Below, in pieces: positions 42,918-46,038 of a stretch of 46,038 bases of DNA (the stretch's first letter is position 1; every line of letters starts with the position of its first letter). The stretch comes from a virus, in the IMG/VR virus record IMGVR_UViG_3300025890_000004, positions 1 through 46,038 of that record, one strand, 5' to 3'. A program made the translations under genes and the position numbers. The notes under the pieces were generated by a model. That model ran no database searches and had not been told where the DNA came from. It saw nothing but the letters and a program-made list of their open reading frames with translations.

Positions 42918-43152
42918 CTATTGCACCCTTTGGCCCGAAGGAGATTGGGCACATTGTTGTAAGGTACATGACCTAGCGTACGAATTAGCTACAGGACGTA
43001 TTGAAGCTGACATTGAGTTAGCTAAGTGCGTAGCGCAGTCAAACCCTCTCATGGGTGTTGTCATGGGCGCAGGTGTTATTGCCTTTGGTTGGTTCTTCTA
43101 CAAGAGAAAGAAATCAAATGGACTCAATAGAAGAGATAAGAATACGGGCTGA
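42910..43152 (+). CDS. small membrane protein with CCxxHDxxY motif (phospholipase A2-like signature?)
   Basis: A probable TTG start at 42910 has GAGGAGG 7 nt upstream. It contains HCCKVHDLAYE...D and a C-terminal TM (LMGVVMGAGVIAFGWFFY). Confidence 0.4.
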   Translation: MTDYCTLWPEGDWAHCCKVHDLAYELATGRIEADIELAKCVAQSNPLMGVVMGAGVIAFGWFFYKRKKSNGLNRRDKNTG

Positions 43153-44656
43153 AAACGATCTGGAGTTCTTTATCTCTCTAGTGGCCCCAACGCAGGTACT
43201 GGGCGACTGCCACAGGGAAGCACTTGAATGGTGGAGCCGTGAAGACGCTAAGGCCTTCCAGTTGCTCCTGTTCCCACGGGACCACGGTAAGTCACGTCTG
43301 GTAGCCTACAGGGTTGCACAGGCCCTAGCAAAGGACCCTACGCTCCGTGTGCTGTACATTTCAGCCACAGCCAACTTGGCAGAGAAGCAGCTAGGGTTCA
43401 TCAAGGGATTGATCGACAGCCCTATATTCAAACGCTACTGGCCTGAGCACCTTCATGTTGAAGAAGGCAAACGGACCAAGTGGACAAACACAGAGATCGG
43501 GCTTGACCACCCTCTGCGTAAGAAGGAGAACATTCGTGAACCTGCTGTTTTCACCGGAGGCCTTACAACTAGCCTCACTGGGCTTCATTGTGATATTGCT
43601 GTCCTCGATGATATTGTTGTAGCAGAGAACGCCCTGACACAAGAAGGTCGTAACAAGGTAGCCTCCCAGTATTCACTGTTGGCATCCATTGAAGGGGCTG
43701 ACGCACAAGAGTGGGTCGTTGGTACACGCTACCATTCGAAAGACCTGTACAACAGTCTCATGGAGATGCGTGAAATACTTTTTGATAAAGAAGGTAACCA
43801 GCTGGGCGAAGAGCCTATCTACGAAGTCTTTGAGCGTCCTGTTGAGGACATGGGGGATGGCACTGGTCAGTTCCTGTGGCCACGACAGCAACGTAAGGAT
43901 GGCAAGTGGTTTGGGTTTGATATCCCAACGCTGGCTAAGAAGAAAGGTAAGTATCTCGACAGAGCACAGTTCAGGGCCCAGTACTACAATGACCCGTCTG
44001 ACCCCGACAACGTACCTGTAAGCCGCGACAAAATCCAGTACTTCGATAGGAAGCATCTGGTTCTCGAAGGCTCCTACTGGTACTACAAGGGTAACAGGTT
44101 GAACGTATATGCTGCCATCGACTTTGCTTTCTCGCTGAGTACCAAGGCTGACTATACGGCTCTGGTGACGATCGGTGTAGATGCTGAGAACAATGTGTAC
44201 GTCATAGATATCGACAGGTTCCGTACGGACAGGATATCAGACTACTTTGAGCATATCTTCGATGCGCACACCAAGTGGTTCTTTCGTAAGATGAGGGCTG
44301 AGGTAACTGTAGCCCAGATGGCTATTGTGAAACAACTCAAAGAACAGGTTAAGACACATGGGCTATCTCTTGCTATTGAAGAGTATCGACCTAACAAACA
44401 ACAGGGCAACAAAGAAGAGCGCATCAGTTCGATCTTGGAGCCTAGGTATGACAATCTTCAGATGTGGCATTATCGCGGTGGCAATACTCAGTATCTGGAA
44501 GATGAGTTGAGTATGCGTAACCCGCCTCACGATGACGTGAAGGATGCACTGGCTTCAGCTGTTGATATGGCAGTCAGACCAACAAGGTCCTTAGGACGCG
44601 AACGGAAATCAAACATTGTGTGGGCTAACTCGAAATTCCGCGCAGGGAGCAGATAA
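43118..44656 (+). CDS. terL: terminase large subunit
   Basis: Walker A-like FPRDHGKSRLV and Walker B-like IAVLDDIV. The C-terminal RNase-H-like nuclease has AAIDFAFS and HDDVKDAL. ATG 43118 is preferred over the track start 43055. Confidence 0.85.
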   Translation: MDSIEEIRIRAENDLEFFISLVAPTQVLGDCHREALEWWSREDAKAFQLLLFPRDHGKSRLVAYRVAQALAKDPTLRVLYISATANLAEKQLGFIKGLIDSPIFKRYWPEHLHVEEGKRTKWTNTEIGLDHPLRKKENIREPAVFTGGLTTSLTGLHCDIAVLDDIVVAENALTQEGRNKVASQYSLLASIEGADAQEWVVGTRYHSKDLYNSLMEMREILFDKEGNQLGEEPIYEVFERPVEDMGDGTGQFLWPRQQRKDGKWFGFDIPTLAKKKGKYLDRAQFRAQYYNDPSDPDNVPVSRDKIQYFDRKHLVLEGSYWYYKGNRLNVYAAIDFAFSLSTKADYTALVTIGVDAENNVYVIDIDRFRTDRISDYFEHIFDAHTKWFFRKMRAEVTVAQMAIVKQLKEQVKTHGLSLAIEEYRPNKQQGNKEERISSILEPRYDNLQMWHYRGGNTQYLEDELSMRNPPHDDVKDALASAVDMAVRPTRSLGRERKSNIVWANSKFRAGSR

Positions 44657-46038
44657 TGACAACGACAATTGATGTAGAGCACCTTCTGTCCCCAGACCAG
44701 CTGGCGGTAGAGATTGGCAACCAGTGGACAGAGTGGCGTATGCTACGTCAGAACTGGACTGACCAGACTAAGGAAATCCGTAACTACGTATATGCTACGG
44801 ACACCACAAGCACAGCTAATGCTATCTTGCCTTGGTCTAACACAACCACTACACCTAAGCTGACACAGATTGCTGACAACTTACATGCAAACTATACAGC
44901 AACCCTGTTCCCTCAGGCTAACTGGGTACGTTGGTCAGCCTCCAGCATGGAAGATGCTAAGCAGTATAAGACCAAGCGTATCAAGGGATACATGAGTACC
45001 AAGATCAAGCAGTCCAAGTTCGTACAGACGCACCATGAACTGCTGAGAGACTACATCCTGTATGGCAATGCTTTCTCAATGATCAAGTGGGTAGACGACT
45101 ACAGCGTCATGGAGAATGGTGAAGTACACCAGCGGTACAAGGGCCCTATGCTCTGCCGTATCAGCCCTTATGACATCATGTTTAACCCTGCTGCCACAAC
45201 CTTCATTGACAGCCCAAAGATCGTCCGGTCACTTAAGACCCTTGGTGAACTGAAGAGGGAAGCTGACCACAACGGCAACCTCCTGTTCAAGGAAGCATTT
45301 GAGAGAACAATGTCTGCACGGGCGCACGTACGCTCTACAGACGCACACTATGAGAAGGGCGAAGGCTTCACAGCTGACGGCTTCTCTAACATCCAGCAGT
45401 ACTACAACAGCGACTACGTTGAGGTGCTGACGTTCTACGGTGATATGTACAACAAGGAAAACGGTGAGTTCATGACTGACCGTAAGATCACGATCATTGA
45501 CCGTGCGTATGTTGTAGGTAACGAAGAGAACCCATCGTGGCACGGTAGAGCTCCTATCCACCACGTAGGCTGGCGTGAACGTCCTGACAACCTTATTGCA
45601 ATGGGTCCACTGGATAACCTTATCGGCCTCCAGTACCGTATTGATCACCTTGAGAACCTTAAGGCTGACGTGTTCGACCAGATCGCGTATCCTGTCCTGA
45701 AGATCAAGGGTGACGTTGAGGACTTCGACTTTGAGCCGGGAGCACGTATCTACCTAGGTGAAGAGGGTGACATTGGTTACCTTCAGCCAGATGCTACTGC
45801 CCTACAGGCTGACATGCAGATCAATCAGCTACAGCAGCTAATGGAAGAGCTGGCAGGTGCACCTAAGCAAGCTATGGGTATTCGTACCCCCGGCGAGAAG
45901 ACAGCTTTTGAAGTGCAGTCCCTGCAGAACAGTGCTGGCCGTATCTTTGAACACAAGACTGCTCACTATGAGCGCATGTTCATTGAAGTACAGCTGAATG
46001 ATATGTTGGCTATGGCTGCACGTCTGCTTGATACTGAA
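44656..46038 (+). CDS. portal protein, N-terminal segment (runs off the window end; continues at 100..456)
   Basis: The ATG overlaps the terminase stop (TAATG). I translated the frame by hand and found no stop to base 46038. It is missing from the ORF track only because it has no stop inside the window. The joined length is 1740 nt (579 aa). Confidence 0.8.
   Translation, partial: MTTTIDVEHLLSPDQLAVEIGNQWTEWRMLRQNWTDQTKEIRNYVYATDTTSTANAILPWSNTTTTPKLTQIADNLHANYTATLFPQANWVRWSASSMEDAKQYKTKRIKGYMSTKIKQSKFVQTHHELLRDYILYGNAFSMIKWVDDYSVMENGEVHQRYKGPMLCRISPYDIMFNPAATTFIDSPKIVRSLKTLGELKREADHNGNLLFKEAFERTMSARAHVRSTDAHYEKGEGFTADGFSNIQQYYNSDYVEVLTFYGDMYNKENGEFMTDRKITIIDRAYVVGNEENPSWHGRAPIHHVGWRERPDNLIAMGPLDNLIGLQYRIDHLENLKADVFDQIAYPVLKIKGDVEDFDFEPGARIYLGEEGDIGYLQPDATALQADMQINQLQQLMEELAGAPKQAMGIRTPGEKTAFEVQSLQNSAGRIFEHKTAHYERMFIEVQLNDMLAMAARLLDTE
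45940..46038. repeat. 99-bp terminal duplication of bases 1-99 (circular-assembly overlap)
   Basis: Base-for-base identity, read directly. Confidence 0.95.

Noticed and set aside
1-46038. Search for tRNA genes, integrase, repressor or excisionase, a single-subunit RNA polymerase and preQ0 biosynthesis genes.
   Set aside because: By eye there is no T-loop/GTTCGAATC-type tRNA signature, no tyrosine or serine recombinase motif and no RNAP-sized ORF. Absence by eye is not proof; tRNAscan-SE and HMM searches should confirm it.

Overview
The window is one complete, circularly closed dsDNA podovirus genome. It has a T7-supergroup gene layout but no phage RNA polymerase, integrase, tRNA or CRISPR array. 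It resembles the marine VpV262/SIO1-type lineage, which I cannot verify without a database search. Bases 45940-46038 repeat bases 1-99 exactly, so the unit length is 45,939 bp and the portal gene is split only by the window edges. Two divergent gene blocks leave a ~1.55-kb non-coding hub (35504-37060). The hub holds a GC-rich block, an AT-rich block, two perfect DnaA boxes, phased A-tracts, three 32-bp iterons and arrays of ACAG[C/T]TGT motifs. (i) The rightward block runs from 37061, across the junction, to 16819. It encodes a basic disordered protein, a collagen-like/Gly-rich tail fiber and accessory proteins, large terminase, portal, scaffold, capsid, tail tube A/B, GNAT, internal (ejection) proteins including a lytic transglycosylase, and a lysis cassette. 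(ii) The leftward block runs from 35431 down to 16943. Its first part holds small early genes, an HhH-GPD-like glycosylase, a sigma factor, primase-helicase, family-A DNA polymerase, a candidate SSB, a 5'-3' exonuclease and endonuclease I. Its second part holds a metallophosphoesterase, YhhQ and DpdA (7-deazaguanine DNA modification by salvage), MazG, class II RNR, a ClpP-like protein, glutaredoxin and a secreted glycine-rich protein. The two blocks converge on a bidirectional terminator near 16830-16871. The observations most worth a second look are listed here. First, an identical 36-bp element sits at the head of both divergent middle/late units, directly after the sigma-factor gene. Second, a minimal DpdA+YhhQ module is present with no preQ0 synthesis genes. 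Third, 88-89-bp hairpin+promoter cassettes with a compensatory stem change flank one early gene. Fourth, a 34-bp exact direct repeat brackets a 267-bp in-frame insertion at the 5' end of mazG. Fifth, the hub looks like a host-DnaA-type origin. Several odd proteins also stand out: an xG[DNS]V tetrapeptide solenoid fused to DUF3310, a GH19 endolysin with a C-terminal TM anchor, a Lys-rich protein with an isolated HNH motif, and a CCxxHDxxY membrane protein. All functional calls come from motif recognition by eye and from synteny; no database search was run.
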